DNA of 64,000 nucleotides from Rubripirellula sp. (lineage in GTDB: Bacteria; Planctomycetota; Planctomycetia; Pirellulales; Pirellulaceae). The translations under genes were made by a program, and so were the position numbers. The notes below the pieces were generated by a model. That model was not told the DNA's origin. It did not search any database and saw only the letters and a list, made by a program, of their open reading frames with translations. Location: contig OZ244207.1 of the NCBI GenBank assembly GCA_965216875.1, positions 3,840,001-3,904,000 on the forward strand, in the 5' to 3' direction. Below, in pieces: positions 37,791 through 49,090 of the stretch. The stretch's first letter is position 1; every line of letters starts with the position of its first letter.

Positions 37791-38513
37791 ATGCCCAAGC
37801 TTTGCCGACATTGCGGTGCAACGATCGCTGGCGAAGCTTGTGACAATCCCGTTTGCTCGAGTGGCACGACCGCAACTTCGATCCGCGAATCGTCGATGCG
37901 GGGCCGGTATGAAGAACCGCCGGATCCCCAAATCGAAATCGATCGCGGTCGAATGAAGCGTTTGATCCGCACCCGCCGGCTGTGCCTCTATCTGATCCCT
38001 TGGATCGCTTTTGCCACTTACCTCGGATCGCTGCATTCGATCGACAACGGACTCCTCACCAGCGTTTTTGGCTGGGGACTCACCGCGATCGGCATCGTGC
38101 TCGTTGGCGTTCAATCCAATCTCATCAAGAAATTGGCTCGGCAACTCCAGTTACCGAGCCGCCGAACGTTGCCGATCATCTATTTGGTCGTCGTCATACC
38201 AGCACTTTCGTGGGCATCCTATGTTGCGCATCAAAAATCGGATTGGGGTGTGCGCCCCGAGTACCACGCCCTGATTCGACACTGGCAAAAATGGGTCGAC
38301 GAAGAAACGATCTGGAAATTTGAGGGGATCGAGTACGCCGACACCAACGAAGACGGTGCGGTCGACACACGCCGTGAATCACGGCTCGAGCTTTCCATCG
38401 TCACCACCGACGACGATCACGATGGATTCTTCGACACGGAAGTGGTGACCTATAAAGACGACGAGCGACAAGTCAGCCGCGCGATCAATCAAAAAGTCCC
38501 ACGCACGAAGTAA
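37791..38513 (+). CDS. Hypothetical membrane protein with N-terminal Cys cluster and C-terminal Dx[DN]xDG loops
   Basis: CRHC...CDNPVC; three TMs; DTNEDGAVD and DDDHDGFFD. Confidence 0.65.
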   Translation: MPKLCRHCGATIAGEACDNPVCSSGTTATSIRESSMRGRYEEPPDPQIEIDRGRMKRLIRTRRLCLYLIPWIAFATYLGSLHSIDNGLLTSVFGWGLTAIGIVLVGVQSNLIKKLARQLQLPSRRTLPIIYLVVVIPALSWASYVAHQKSDWGVRPEYHALIRHWQKWVDEETIWKFEGIEYADTNEDGAVDTRRESRLELSIVTTDDDHDGFFDTEVVTYKDDERQVSRAINQKVPRTK

Positions 38514-38552
38514 TTCTGTGAATCAAGCGTGCGAGTAGGGCAGGGAAGAAGT

Positions 38553-38583
38553 GAACCAGGGATTGCACGGATCACGCGGATAA
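38553..38583 (+). repeat. Repeat family D (AACCACGGATYRCACGGAT-like)
   Basis: Related copies at 39631-39650 (+) and 39678-39707 (-). Confidence 0.7.
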
Positions 38584-38618
38584 GAGATTCGGGTGGATTG
38601 GTTTGTGCGATGACCTGC

Positions 38619-39560
38619 TTACATGATCCAGTCGAGCTGGAAAATGTCTCGATCGATCTTATCTCTCGAGACGCCCGTTCCGAGAAGATTAACGCTCTCG
38701 ACCGATTCGAGTTGGTTAATGAATGCTGCGGATCGATCGGTCAACTGTTTGCAGTGCATTAGATCCAGCTCAACAAGCTGGTGCATCTCGCGCAGCAGCC
38801 GGACTTCCGAATCGCTTATCGACGAGCCTGAAAAATCGAGCTTCGATATTTGGCCGAGCTTGGCGATGTGCGGGACCAAGCGGTGATTGAATGCTGAATC
38901 CGTTATCGAGAGACGAGTAACGAGACTGCAATCCTTGATTTCTCCGATCGTGTCATACTCAAACCAGCAACCGCTTGAAAAACCGAGATGCGAAAGACGA
39001 GGCAATTTGCTTAACGCGACAATCTCGCCTTTTTCGATGTGCTCAGAAAAAAACCAGACCGACTCGAGCCGTTTCCATTTGGCAATTGCCTGAAATCCCC
39101 GCGCATCGAAGTTGGTCTTGGGCTCGACCGTCAAGTATTTGAGACGGGGTGTTGCCTCAAGCCATCGCTCGAGCGTTTGCAGATCAACCTTGCCCAAATA
39201 AAGTTTGGAAACGTGGTTGAGGTCGCAACATGCCGGATCAACATTCGGCGAAACCTCATAACAGCTGAGCTCGACGGCGGACTTCAACTTTGATGCTGCA
39301 ATCAAAGTTTCGTTGCTATCGAGGTGCTTGAAGGTCAAACCGATGCAAAGCTCTTTGCCAAGCACGTGATCGAGAGTGACACCGTCGTTGCCCCACGACT
39401 CGAGCCCCTCGAAATCGGTCAAAGGGATCACATCGGCCGACTGAAGCTGAGCGACCAAACGTTGGGGAGACCAATGGTGAATGAGGTACCAACGGGCAGC
39501 AAAGATTCCGATCCCAGCGATGAGTGTCAGCAGCAGCAGTGATCGAATCGAAAAACGCAT
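38619..39560 (-). CDS. Membrane-anchored leucine-rich repeat protein
   Basis: MRFSIRSLLLL anchor; LRR units such as LPRLSHLGFS, ISKLDFSGSSISD, LVELDLMHCKQLTD; ATG 39560. Confidence 0.8.
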   Translation of the reverse strand: MRFSIRSLLLLTLIAGIGIFAARWYLIHHWSPQRLVAQLQSADVIPLTDFEGLESWGNDGVTLDHVLGKELCIGLTFKHLDSNETLIAASKLKSAVELSCYEVSPNVDPACCDLNHVSKLYLGKVDLQTLERWLEATPRLKYLTVEPKTNFDARGFQAIAKWKRLESVWFFSEHIEKGEIVALSKLPRLSHLGFSSGCWFEYDTIGEIKDCSLVTRLSITDSAFNHRLVPHIAKLGQISKLDFSGSSISDSEVRLLREMHQLVELDLMHCKQLTDRSAAFINQLESVESVNLLGTGVSRDKIDRDIFQLDWIM

Positions 39561-39630
39561 TTGGTTTTCTCTGAACGAGCTTTCTCGTCTCTTTGATTCT
39601 AGCCTTACTCGGCTGCCTGGCGTGGAGGGA

Positions 39631-39707
39631 GAACCACGGATCACACGGATGGGAGACGAGAGTCGAATACACGTCGCTTATCCGTGCAATCTGTGTGATC
39701 GGTGGTT
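39631..39707. repeat. Family D inverted pair (hairpin)
   Basis: GAACCACGGATCACACGGAT ... ATCCGTGCAATCTGTGTGATCGGTGGTT. Confidence 0.7.
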
Positions 39708-39762
39708 GCCCCCTCTTCGGCTGGGCGAATTGCTGATCAGAGAAAACTGATGAGCGCGCACG

Positions 39763-39804
39763 AAAAAACCTGCTTTGGCTGGCGACGAGCCAAAGCAGGT
39801 TTTT
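39763..39804 (-). terminator. Intrinsic terminator closing the 16S transcript (potentially bidirectional)
   Basis: 17-bp perfect stem AAAAACCTGCTTTGGCT/AGCCAAAGCAGGTTTTT with A/T tracts, ~125 nt past the 16S 3' end. Confidence 0.88.
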
Positions 39805-39920
39805 CGCTGATGGTTTGGTGATGGATTCGGTCCAGTAGACGTCTTTTCTGTTGAGTCAATGCGAGAGTCGTGTCCACGGATTCAGATGAATCGGTCACCC
39901 GTTTCATCCATATTCTAAGA

Positions 39921-41463
<1,543 letters not shown>

Positions 41464-41661
41464 GTATCGATTCACCAGAGCTGAACTCGAAAGTCCGGAC
41501 ACCGGGAGAAATCAAAGTTAAAACCGAGAGTTGATTCTGCTCTGTGACGCTCGGTAAAACGTCACAGCGATTCGCCATTTATTTTTCGTAGCAACCCCTT
41601 TCGGAGCCACTACAAACAGCGACCTCGCATTGCTGAACTCAACAGAAGTTCCATCACCAAA

Positions 41662-41673
41662 TTGTCAAAGATC
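41662..41673 (-). promoter_or_regulatory. BoxA-like antitermination element in the rRNA leader
   Basis: GATCTTTGACAA on the minus strand, just upstream of the 16S processing stem. Confidence 0.65.
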
Positions 41674-41749
41674 GTTTCGCCAAGGGGCCTCATCGACCCA
41701 GCGACTTCGCATTGGAAGTGGCCGGTGAGGTGTCCCTCGCGGGTCCCGA

Positions 41750-41778
41750 AGTATCGGGCAGTCGCAGCTTTTCGTCAA
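41750..41778 (-). promoter_or_regulatory. rRNA promoter (proximal), sigma70-like
   Basis: TTGACG-N17-GATACT on the minus strand. Confidence 0.7.
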
Positions 41779-41903
41779 CGGGTCGTTTGCAAGAAATTGT
41801 TAAAAACTTCAGTGCGTTAGACGCTGATTCGCTCGCTGCAGAGCGGTTGCCTCACGTGCTGTGAAGCGTTTTCGCTTGACGCTTTCCGTGTCAGCGAGGC
41901 GGA

Positions 41904-41932
41904 AAGATATAGGCCGAGTCGTATGCCCGCAA
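41904..41932 (-). promoter_or_regulatory. rRNA promoter (distal), sigma70-like
   Basis: TTGCGG-N17-TATCTT on the minus strand with an A-rich stretch upstream. Confidence 0.5.
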
Positions 41933-42311
41933 GAGCCTTTGGGCACTTTCTTCAGATTTCTTTCACACTCGCTTCTTCCTAGACCAACGCCAGAACAAGC
42001 AGGTTCGCGAAAACACCGCGTTTTGCGGTAAGAAACCTGATCGGGTTTTCACCCCGGCGAGTTGAATCGAGCTTCGCTTTTTTTCCAAACGACTTCGAAG
42101 TCACCAACCGGTGCTCTCTAAACAGCGATAGAAACCGCAGTGGTCCGCAGACAATTTGCGGTTCTACTTTCGCATCGAACTGCACTCAACAAAGACCTTT
42201 GATCAGCATGGCGCTCGTCGCCGGTTTTGCGGAAGCCAAAACGAGGGATCGTCAAGAGCGATGGATCGGGGACTCGTGGCCTCGTCCACTAAGAAGAGAG
42301 GCGAAAGTGGC

Positions 42312-43175
42312 CTAGCGGAGACCCGCAACGGAATCGAGTGCCGGATAGAGCTGTTGCCAAAGAACGGTCAACAAATCAGCGTCGATCCCCAAACACTCAA
42401 AGATGCGATTTCCTGGCGGGTCGACGTTGTGCGCCCCCAGTGATGCCCAGCCGCTGCGGCTGCACAGGTAGTTGGCAATGGCTACACAGCCAACGGTCTC
42501 GGCATACGGCCCGCTCATCGATTGCTCCGCACGATGATGCATTCGCGCCGCCTCCTGAACCTCTTCAGGCATTCCCCACTGCTCGAGGATCGCCGCCCCA
42601 AGCTGCGTGTGGTCCCAGCCCAAAAGGTCCTGCTCGACTTCACAGGTCGGAGTCAATTCATCGATTTCGGCAACGACTCCGGTGAACGAGTCGATGTCGA
42701 GCCGATCGCTCGCGCAGAGCCCAATGTCGTGCAGCGTTCCCGCGACAAACACCAATGAGGGATCGCCGCAGCTACAGGTCCTCGAAATCATCGAGGCGAC
42801 CGCGCCGACGGCAATCGAATGTCGCCACAACCCTTCTCGATGATAGATGTCGACTTGCAAGTCGGGCAAATAGAGCCCACGAACAAAGGCGAGCACGGCC
42901 AATCGCGCTAAGTCGTGACCATCCATCACCGCCGAGGCTTCTTCAAGCGATTTGAAAGGGCGGGAGAGGTTGTACAGCGGGGTGTTACACCAACGCAGCA
43001 ATCGGACGGCAAGTTCGCGATCCGACGCCAACCAGCGAACCAACGTCTCGTTCGTTCGCCCGTCAAAATCCCCTGACGCAATCAACCGTCGCGCCCCGTC
43101 GGGAAGTCCGAACTCCCAGCGAGCCTGCTCCACTCGCAGGGCTAACTTGGGTCCTTTTAGCTGGGAGGTCGACAT
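42312..43175 (-). CDS. Stand-alone HDOD domain protein
   Basis: DRELAVRLLRWCNTPLY, LWRHSIAVG, AGTLHDIG, DHTQLGAAILEQWGMP. Confidence 0.92.
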   Translation of the reverse strand: MSTSQLKGPKLALRVEQARWEFGLPDGARRLIASGDFDGRTNETLVRWLASDRELAVRLLRWCNTPLYNLSRPFKSLEEASAVMDGHDLARLAVLAFVRGLYLPDLQVDIYHREGLWRHSIAVGAVASMISRTCSCGDPSLVFVAGTLHDIGLCASDRLDIDSFTGVVAEIDELTPTCEVEQDLLGWDHTQLGAAILEQWGMPEEVQEAARMHHRAEQSMSGPYAETVGCVAIANYLCSRSGWASLGAHNVDPPGNRIFECLGIDADLLTVLWQQLYPALDSVAGLR

Positions 43176-43362
43176 GATTGGGCCGGTGAAAAAAGCGTAC
43201 GTGAAGGGCCAAACGCATTTTGCCTCTTCGCTTCAGCCTGGCCCCAAACGATCCCGCGCCGATCGGAGTGCGGTCGGCGCAGTACTCACTTAATGCATAC
43301 CTCACCAAAGTGGGGCGTGAGGGTGATATTTGAAGGGAATCAACGAAATGAATCGGGGACTC

Positions 43363-43475
43363 TAAAAAACACTCTCCTCTGGGAGAGTCGGGCCCCAAGG
43401 CCCCGAGAGGGTCCATTTTGTATCGATTCCCTCCCCGGACTTTAGCTTCCGACCGCTCCCGCAAGCGGGCGGGTG
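43363..43475 (+). repeat. Repeat family C element
   Basis: CACTCTCCTCTGGGAGAGTCGGGC...TTCCCTCCCCGGACTTTAGC...CCCGCAAGCGGG matches the copies at 7.1 and 37.6 kb. Confidence 0.85.
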
Positions 43476-43750
43476 ATTGTTGAAGTCAATTCTCGTGGCG
43501 GATTGGGTTGTGACGCTTATTCCGGATGGTCACGGGGCTGGGCAACTTTGTGCACAAGGCAAGCTTTGCCGGTCGATACAGCTGGGTAACTGGCTGTGCA
43601 AGGGTTTTGCGGGGCGCTTTGGCAATAGCGACAAAACCGGTGCCATCCGAATTGCCGATAACCGTTGAAAGCACGCGATCCAAGCGAGAACTGCGCGCGG
43701 AGCGATTTGCCCAACGTCACCGCCCAAAAAGAAGCACAAGGGAAATCCAC

Positions 43751-45409
43751 ATGAGCCAATCTGCATCGAATCAACCCAACGATGTGGACACAAAACTCGA
43801 TGCGCTCCTTTCGCGTATCCAGAACCTCAGCGGTGATGATTCCACGCCCTCTGGCCCAGCGTCGGGTCCTGCGTCTGGCCCAGCACCAACGACCGAGCGT
43901 CCCAAACAACAACCACGCCGCGCGGCTGGTCCCGCCGCTTCCCCCAATGCCCCCGCGAGCGCTCCCGCGGCGGCTCCAGGTGCTCCGTCCGGTCCTGCGC
44001 CCGCCCAAGGCGGCCCCGCTCCCAACCCGGGCGCACCGACCGCGCGTCCTGCCGGCCCGCCCCCAGGTGCGAGAGCAAAGAAGCCAGCCAAACCTCAAGG
44101 CACGGCGTCCACCGAAGACTTGCCACTTGGCTTCAAGCCGTCACGTGATGAACCGTGGCGTCCCTCCGAACCAACCGACATGGAATCGGCAGGCATCAAC
44201 GAGACGCTGCTTGAAGCGATCATCTATCGCTACCTGCTGAATGTCGGTGAAGCCGAAGGGCGACGGATTGCCGATCAAGTGAAGCTGCCGTTTCTGATGA
44301 TCGAACCGATGATCACGCGGCTGAAGATGGAACAAAACGTTGCCTATAAAAACGCAACGGCGACAAACGACTATGTCTATGTCTTGACCGAAACAGGGCG
44401 CAACATCGCCCGCAACCACGTCCAAGATTCGACCTACTACGGTGCTTGCCCGGTACCGCTGCAAGACTACATCGACAGCGTTAAACGCCAAACCATCGAA
44501 GGGCAATATCCGAAAAAGAACGACTTGCTCAAAGCCTTCAATGACCTGTTGATCAACCCCAAGATGCTCAACAAGCTCGGTCCTGCCGTTGCCAGCGGCC
44601 GCGGCATGTTCTTGTTTGGCTTCCCCGGAAACGGCAAAACATCAATCGCTGAACGGGTCACGGGCGCGTTCGGAAAATACGTCTGGATCCCAAGTGCCGT
44701 CGATATCGACGGCGATGTCCTGCGTGTTTTCGACCCCATGAACCATACGATGGCGATGCCCGAAGCTGGCAGCGGTCTGCTCGACATCGGCGGCTTTGAC
44801 AAACGTTGGATTCGCATCGAGCGTCCCACCATCGTCGCCGGTGGTGAATTGACAATGGAAATGCTCGAGGTCCAATGCAACAGCGAAAGCAACATTAGCG
44901 AAGCTCCGCTGCAGCTGAAAAGCAATTGCGGGACGCTCGTCATCGATGACTTTGGTCGTCAAAAAATGCGAGTCGACGAACTGCTTAACCGCTGGATTGT
45001 TCCGCTCGAAAAACGCTATGACTTCTTGAACATGGCGAGCGGAAAAAAGATCCAAGTTCCTTTCGATCAGCTGGTGGTCTTCAGTACCAACCTGGAACCA
45101 AAAGACTTGGTCGATGATGCGTTCTTGCGACGGATCCCTTACAAGATCGAAGCGGAAAACCCGCCAGAAGAGGACTTCCGCAAACTCTTCGAGATCATGT
45201 GCAAGGTCGTCAAAATCCCGCACAACGCCGATTGCATCGACTACTTGATCAAGACGCACTACCTGCCGGTGGACCGCCCGATGCGGATGTGCCAACCGCG
45301 TGACTTGTTGTTGCAGGTCAAGAACTACTGCCTTTACAACGACCTGCCGGTCGAATTGAAGAACGAGTACTTCGACTTCGCCTGCGACAACTACTTCTCG
45401 GTGATGTAG
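43751..45409 (+). CDS. AAA+ family ATPase with Pro/Ala-rich N-terminal extension
   Basis: Walker A GFPGNGKTS, Walker B LVIDDFG, VFSTNL, DDAFLRRI; ATG 43751. Confidence 0.88.
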   Translation: MSQSASNQPNDVDTKLDALLSRIQNLSGDDSTPSGPASGPASGPAPTTERPKQQPRRAAGPAASPNAPASAPAAAPGAPSGPAPAQGGPAPNPGAPTARPAGPPPGARAKKPAKPQGTASTEDLPLGFKPSRDEPWRPSEPTDMESAGINETLLEAIIYRYLLNVGEAEGRRIADQVKLPFLMIEPMITRLKMEQNVAYKNATATNDYVYVLTETGRNIARNHVQDSTYYGACPVPLQDYIDSVKRQTIEGQYPKKNDLLKAFNDLLINPKMLNKLGPAVASGRGMFLFGFPGNGKTSIAERVTGAFGKYVWIPSAVDIDGDVLRVFDPMNHTMAMPEAGSGLLDIGGFDKRWIRIERPTIVAGGELTMEMLEVQCNSESNISEAPLQLKSNCGTLVIDDFGRQKMRVDELLNRWIVPLEKRYDFLNMASGKKIQVPFDQLVVFSTNLEPKDLVDDAFLRRIPYKIEAENPPEEDFRKLFEIMCKVVKIPHNADCIDYLIKTHYLPVDRPMRMCQPRDLLLQVKNYCLYNDLPVELKNEYFDFACDNYFSVM

Positions 45410-45412
45410 CTG

Positions 45413-46381
45413 CTACTTTTCAGGTTGGTAGTCGCCGAGCGAGAAGGCACTCCGTTTCTCGGTCGGCGGCTCAACGGTCCGGCTCATCCAGCATCGTTCG
45501 ATCACCAAGCTCACCGCCGTTCCAAGCAACGGCGCAAGCACCAAGGCGACGACCAGCCACCATTCACTGTCGCGGTGGCGATCACGAAAGCCTTCGAGGG
45601 TCAGTCCAAAGCCAACGCACGAAATCCCGCCAGCGATAACACGGCCGTAAATGGTCGGCATCTGCCTCTTGCTGCGCCACAGTCTCGACGCGATCGCGTA
45701 AAAGGCAAACAAGATGATGCAGATCAGAGGACCGTCCCGGAAGATGGTTCTTGCGATCCACTGCCAATCTGCGACCGATCTCCAAGTTTGTTCGTTGACG
45801 CGAATCTCGAAGTCAACGATGAGGGGGATCATGCCCGCCATCGCTCCCAAGCCAAACCAAAACACGCTTGCAGGCCGCGGCTTCGGAATTCCCTGTTCAG
45901 TGTCTGCATCCAATAAAGACGAAGGCTGACCAAGCCAAGCCCGCTCGGCAATCAACAAGAGGACTGCCAGTGGAACTCCCGCGATTACCCCAAACAACGC
46001 GACCCCTTCGACATTCCACCCTTGCCACATTTCCAAAACGAGCGACAAGGTCGAAATGTAGGCGGCGGCAACAACGCCGCAGATCGCTAACGACACTCGG
46101 GTCGAAGCGATGGGAGCCAGCCGTTGAAATGCGAGACGAACACCGCCAAAAACCAGTAGCGCAGGAATGACGCCCATCGAGGCAAACAACAACCCGCTCA
46201 AAAACAGGTCGACCAGCCCGTTGATATCCGTGCTCAGATGCATCAGCGCACTTGCCAGCCAACACAACACCACGATCGGCGATGCAAACCACATCAGCGA
46301 CGGTGCCGACTCCGTCGTCTCCGCAATGACCACCTCATCCGACGCGTCAACGTTCGGCGGTGGGTCGTAAGGGTTCGCCAC
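45413..46381 (-). CDS. Hypothetical multi-TM membrane protein (two 4-TM halves) with NPYxPP N-terminus
   Basis: MANPYDPP; about 8 hydrophobic segments, both halves ending ..IAERAW/..VIERCW. Confidence 0.7.
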   Translation of the reverse strand: MANPYDPPPNVDASDEVVIAETTESAPSLMWFASPIVVLCWLASALMHLSTDINGLVDLFLSGLLFASMGVIPALLVFGGVRLAFQRLAPIASTRVSLAICGVVAAAYISTLSLVLEMWQGWNVEGVALFGVIAGVPLAVLLLIAERAWLGQPSSLLDADTEQGIPKPRPASVFWFGLGAMAGMIPLIVDFEIRVNEQTWRSVADWQWIARTIFRDGPLICIILFAFYAIASRLWRSKRQMPTIYGRVIAGGISCVGFGLTLEGFRDRHRDSEWWLVVALVLAPLLGTAVSLVIERCWMSRTVEPPTEKRSAFSLGDYQPEK

Positions 46382-46567
46382 AGTTCGTGATCGCTCGCAG
46401 TGCAGGCCAACGTCAAGCGATCACCCCACCGCTTGCCAACGGACAAGAACGTGCCGCCGATGGGCGACATCAAGTCCATTGTATCGCCTGTCGTATCGCT
46501 CTTCACTCTTGGAGCAATGTCGAACGCGATCGTGGTGCAGATCTCGATTGCACGAGACTGCCTATCA

Positions 46568-46745
46568 AGGTTCACACAAGTGAGCCGTGATCGCGTAAGC
46601 GGCCGGGCTTTGAAGGCAACGGCATGTGGGGCGAGGGCCCGAGGCCTCACAGCCAGCGGCTCACGAGCGCTGACTCAATTGCGTCGGGCTCCTCGAGACA
46701 AGCAAAAGAGCACGAGGCCCAACGCTAGCGCGTTCGGCTCATGAA
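46568..46745 (+). repeat. Family A core (46568-46665) followed by family E palindrome (46715-46745)
   Basis: GTGAGCCGTGATCGCGTAAGCGGCCGGG...CCAGCGGCTCACG; AGGCCCAACGCTAGCGCGTTCGGCTCATGAA matches 63493-63523 with 1 mismatch. Confidence 0.85.
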
Positions 46746-46780
46746 AGCACCGCTGGGACAACCAAGCGCCCGGTGCGTCC

Positions 46781-47422
46781 CTAAGACAATTCGGTGCCCG
46801 CCTCGTCGACGTCCGTTTCGGGTGCCTCGGGCATTGCGGGATCTTCGGGAGCCCGTTTGCGCAGTTTTCGCTGCAAGCTCCGTCGATGGATTCCCAACCG
46901 CCGTGCCGCTTCGCTGATGTTGCCACCACAATCGGACAGGACGCGATGAATGTGTTCCCATTCATTTCGTGCCAGCGAAGGGGCTGGAAACGCAACCGCA
47001 CCATCGGGAACACTCGGTTCGTCCCCTTTCATGAATGCGGTCAAAATATCGTCCGCGTCAGCTGGTTTGCTGAGGAAATTGACGGCGCCCGCACGCACGG
47101 CATCGATGGACGCCGGAATGCTTCCGAAACCAGAGAGCATCAAGACGCGGGTATCAGGCTGAAGCTGCAACAATTTTCGCAACAGCTCAAGTCCGCTCTT
47201 GCCAGGCATGCGGAGGTCGAGCACGGCAAGTTCGGTCGGTCGCTGCGAAAAGACTTCGACAGCCTCCTCGTAGTTGCCAGCAGTCTCGACCCGAAAGCCG
47301 CGTTGTTGCATCGCAAGCGACAATCGCTCCCGCAACACAAAGGTGTCGTCCACCAGAAGGATACTTGATGCTCCGACCGTTTCCGCATCGTAAACGGGAG
47401 ACGATTCACTCGATTCGATCAT
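46781..47422 (-). CDS. regA: RegA/PrrA/ActR-family response regulator
   Basis: Receiver (LDLRMP) plus EWEHIHRVLSDCGGNISEAARRLGIHRRSLQRKL HTH. Confidence 0.9.
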   Translation of the reverse strand: MIESSESSPVYDAETVGASSILLVDDTFVLRERLSLAMQQRGFRVETAGNYEEAVEVFSQRPTELAVLDLRMPGKSGLELLRKLLQLQPDTRVLMLSGFGSIPASIDAVRAGAVNFLSKPADADDILTAFMKGDEPSVPDGAVAFPAPSLARNEWEHIHRVLSDCGGNISEAARRLGIHRRSLQRKLRKRAPEDPAMPEAPETDVDEAGTELS

Positions 47423-47624
47423 GGATCTTCACTCATCTTGTCCGCCCTCTGCCACGCGATTCTGCGTCAGCCGAAATAGATTCGGCGGCGCTGATACCTT
47501 GCGCGGAGGTCCCGGCACGACTTGGATGATTTGTTCCGACTCGGGACAAGTCGGTGGCTGCACAGCCCAATTCTAGCTGAAGGTCCGCAATGGTGCGCCC
47601 CGTCAACCACGACTTCTGATTCAC

Positions 47625-49079
47625 TTAAAACGACTTTGGTACCGAATCTAACGCTGCCTCCACACTCTGCTCGTCACCCAACGGCAGCGTCACGACCGCT
47701 TCGGTCCCCTCACCGGGGGCACTTCGAAACTCGAGATACCCGCCGAGCTGGGAAATCACGTTGCGGGTCAAGAACAGCCCCAGACCAATCCCGCGTCCAG
47801 GTTCCTTGGTGGTAAAAAACGGATCCGATGCGCGATTGAGCACTTCGGCAGTCATGCCCTGGCCTGAGTCGACCACAATCAACTGAACCGACCCTTTGTC
47901 GTTGACATAGTCGGATCGCAGTTCCGCATTTCGACCAGCGGGTATCAACCGAGACGAAAGCCGCACCCCCTGTTCGTCGCCGCTGGCATCAAGCCCGTTG
48001 TGAATCAGATTGCGGACCGCTTGTGCGACCGCTTCCTGTGGCACCCACAGGGTTTGGTTCTCAACCGCCTCGACGTTATCCGTCACCACGACTCGGTGTG
48101 GATCGCGGATGCCTTCAAGCGTCGCGTCAATCAAGTCGCCCACCGTCGTTCGGTCCCAACGTTGCGCCATCGAGTCGCCTGCAGCCGCACGCATGCGTGC
48201 AAGGATTTGGCGACACATTTCGAGCTCGCCATCAATCAACTTCAAGTCGGCATCGACCGATTCAGGCTTGTCGCAATCTTCCAGGTGTCGAGACAGCTCA
48301 CGGACAATCACGTCGATCGTGGACAGCGGCGTCGCCAATTCGTGTGCCGCACCGGCCGCTAATGTCGTCAGCCCCTCCAAGCGATGACTTGCCGCTTGCT
48401 CGGCCTGGGCGCGACGTAGCTGACGTTCGCGTTGTTGCAACTCGCCTGCGGTGCGCGTCACGTAATAGGTGACCACGGTCGAACAGGTTGCAAATGCCAA
48501 CATCAACCCGCCACTACGCAAATCCATCGATTCGGGCGACACATCAGTGATGCCAACGATCGGCACCGATCGAAAGAGCAAAAAGGTGTAGCCGATGATC
48601 GCAAACACGGTCAACGACCATGCCGCCCGCGGTCGGATCGTCACGCCACCAACAGCAAGGTTGACGAAATAGAAGAAGCTAAACGGATTGTTCGCTCCGC
48701 CGCTGTAATAAAGCATCGCTGTCAACGTGACCAAGTCCAACAGCATCAGCGTCAATGCAACGATGTGATGCAAACTCGATTCACCGGAAACGCCCGATGC
48801 ATCGGGTGCCAGCCTCGGCACACCATGATGAGACGTATCGTCGCTGCGATGCGAACGATGCAACCACAAACCATAAAGGACGTTGGTGACCGCAGTCAGT
48901 CCAACCAAGGCAAACAGCGGCCCAAAGGGCAACGCAATCTCGGTCAAAATGCCCGCAGCAACGATCGTCACCAATTGCCCCGCGACGGCAAACCAACGCA
49001 AGTGCAGGAGCCAAGTTGACGACCCCAACGGTGCAGGGGCAATCAACGGAATCGCCAGATGTTCGCGACTCGTTCGCAC
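47625..49079 (-). CDS. regB: RegB/PrrB/ActS-family sensor kinase
   Basis: LRWFAVAGQL, GGANNPF, AAGAAHELATPL, conserved Cys in EMCRQIL, PFFTTK..G.GLGLF. Confidence 0.9.
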   Translation of the reverse strand: MRTSREHLAIPLIAPAPLGSSTWLLHLRWFAVAGQLVTIVAAGILTEIALPFGPLFALVGLTAVTNVLYGLWLHRSHRSDDTSHHGVPRLAPDASGVSGESSLHHIVALTLMLLDLVTLTAMLYYSGGANNPFSFFYFVNLAVGGVTIRPRAAWSLTVFAIIGYTFLLFRSVPIVGITDVSPESMDLRSGGLMLAFATCSTVVTYYVTRTAGELQQRERQLRRAQAEQAASHRLEGLTTLAAGAAHELATPLSTIDVIVRELSRHLEDCDKPESVDADLKLIDGELEMCRQILARMRAAAGDSMAQRWDRTTVGDLIDATLEGIRDPHRVVVTDNVEAVENQTLWVPQEAVAQAVRNLIHNGLDASGDEQGVRLSSRLIPAGRNAELRSDYVNDKGSVQLIVVDSGQGMTAEVLNRASDPFFTTKEPGRGIGLGLFLTRNVISQLGGYLEFRSAPGEGTEAVVTLPLGDEQSVEAALDSVPKSF

Positions 49080-49090
49080 GACAACTTTCG

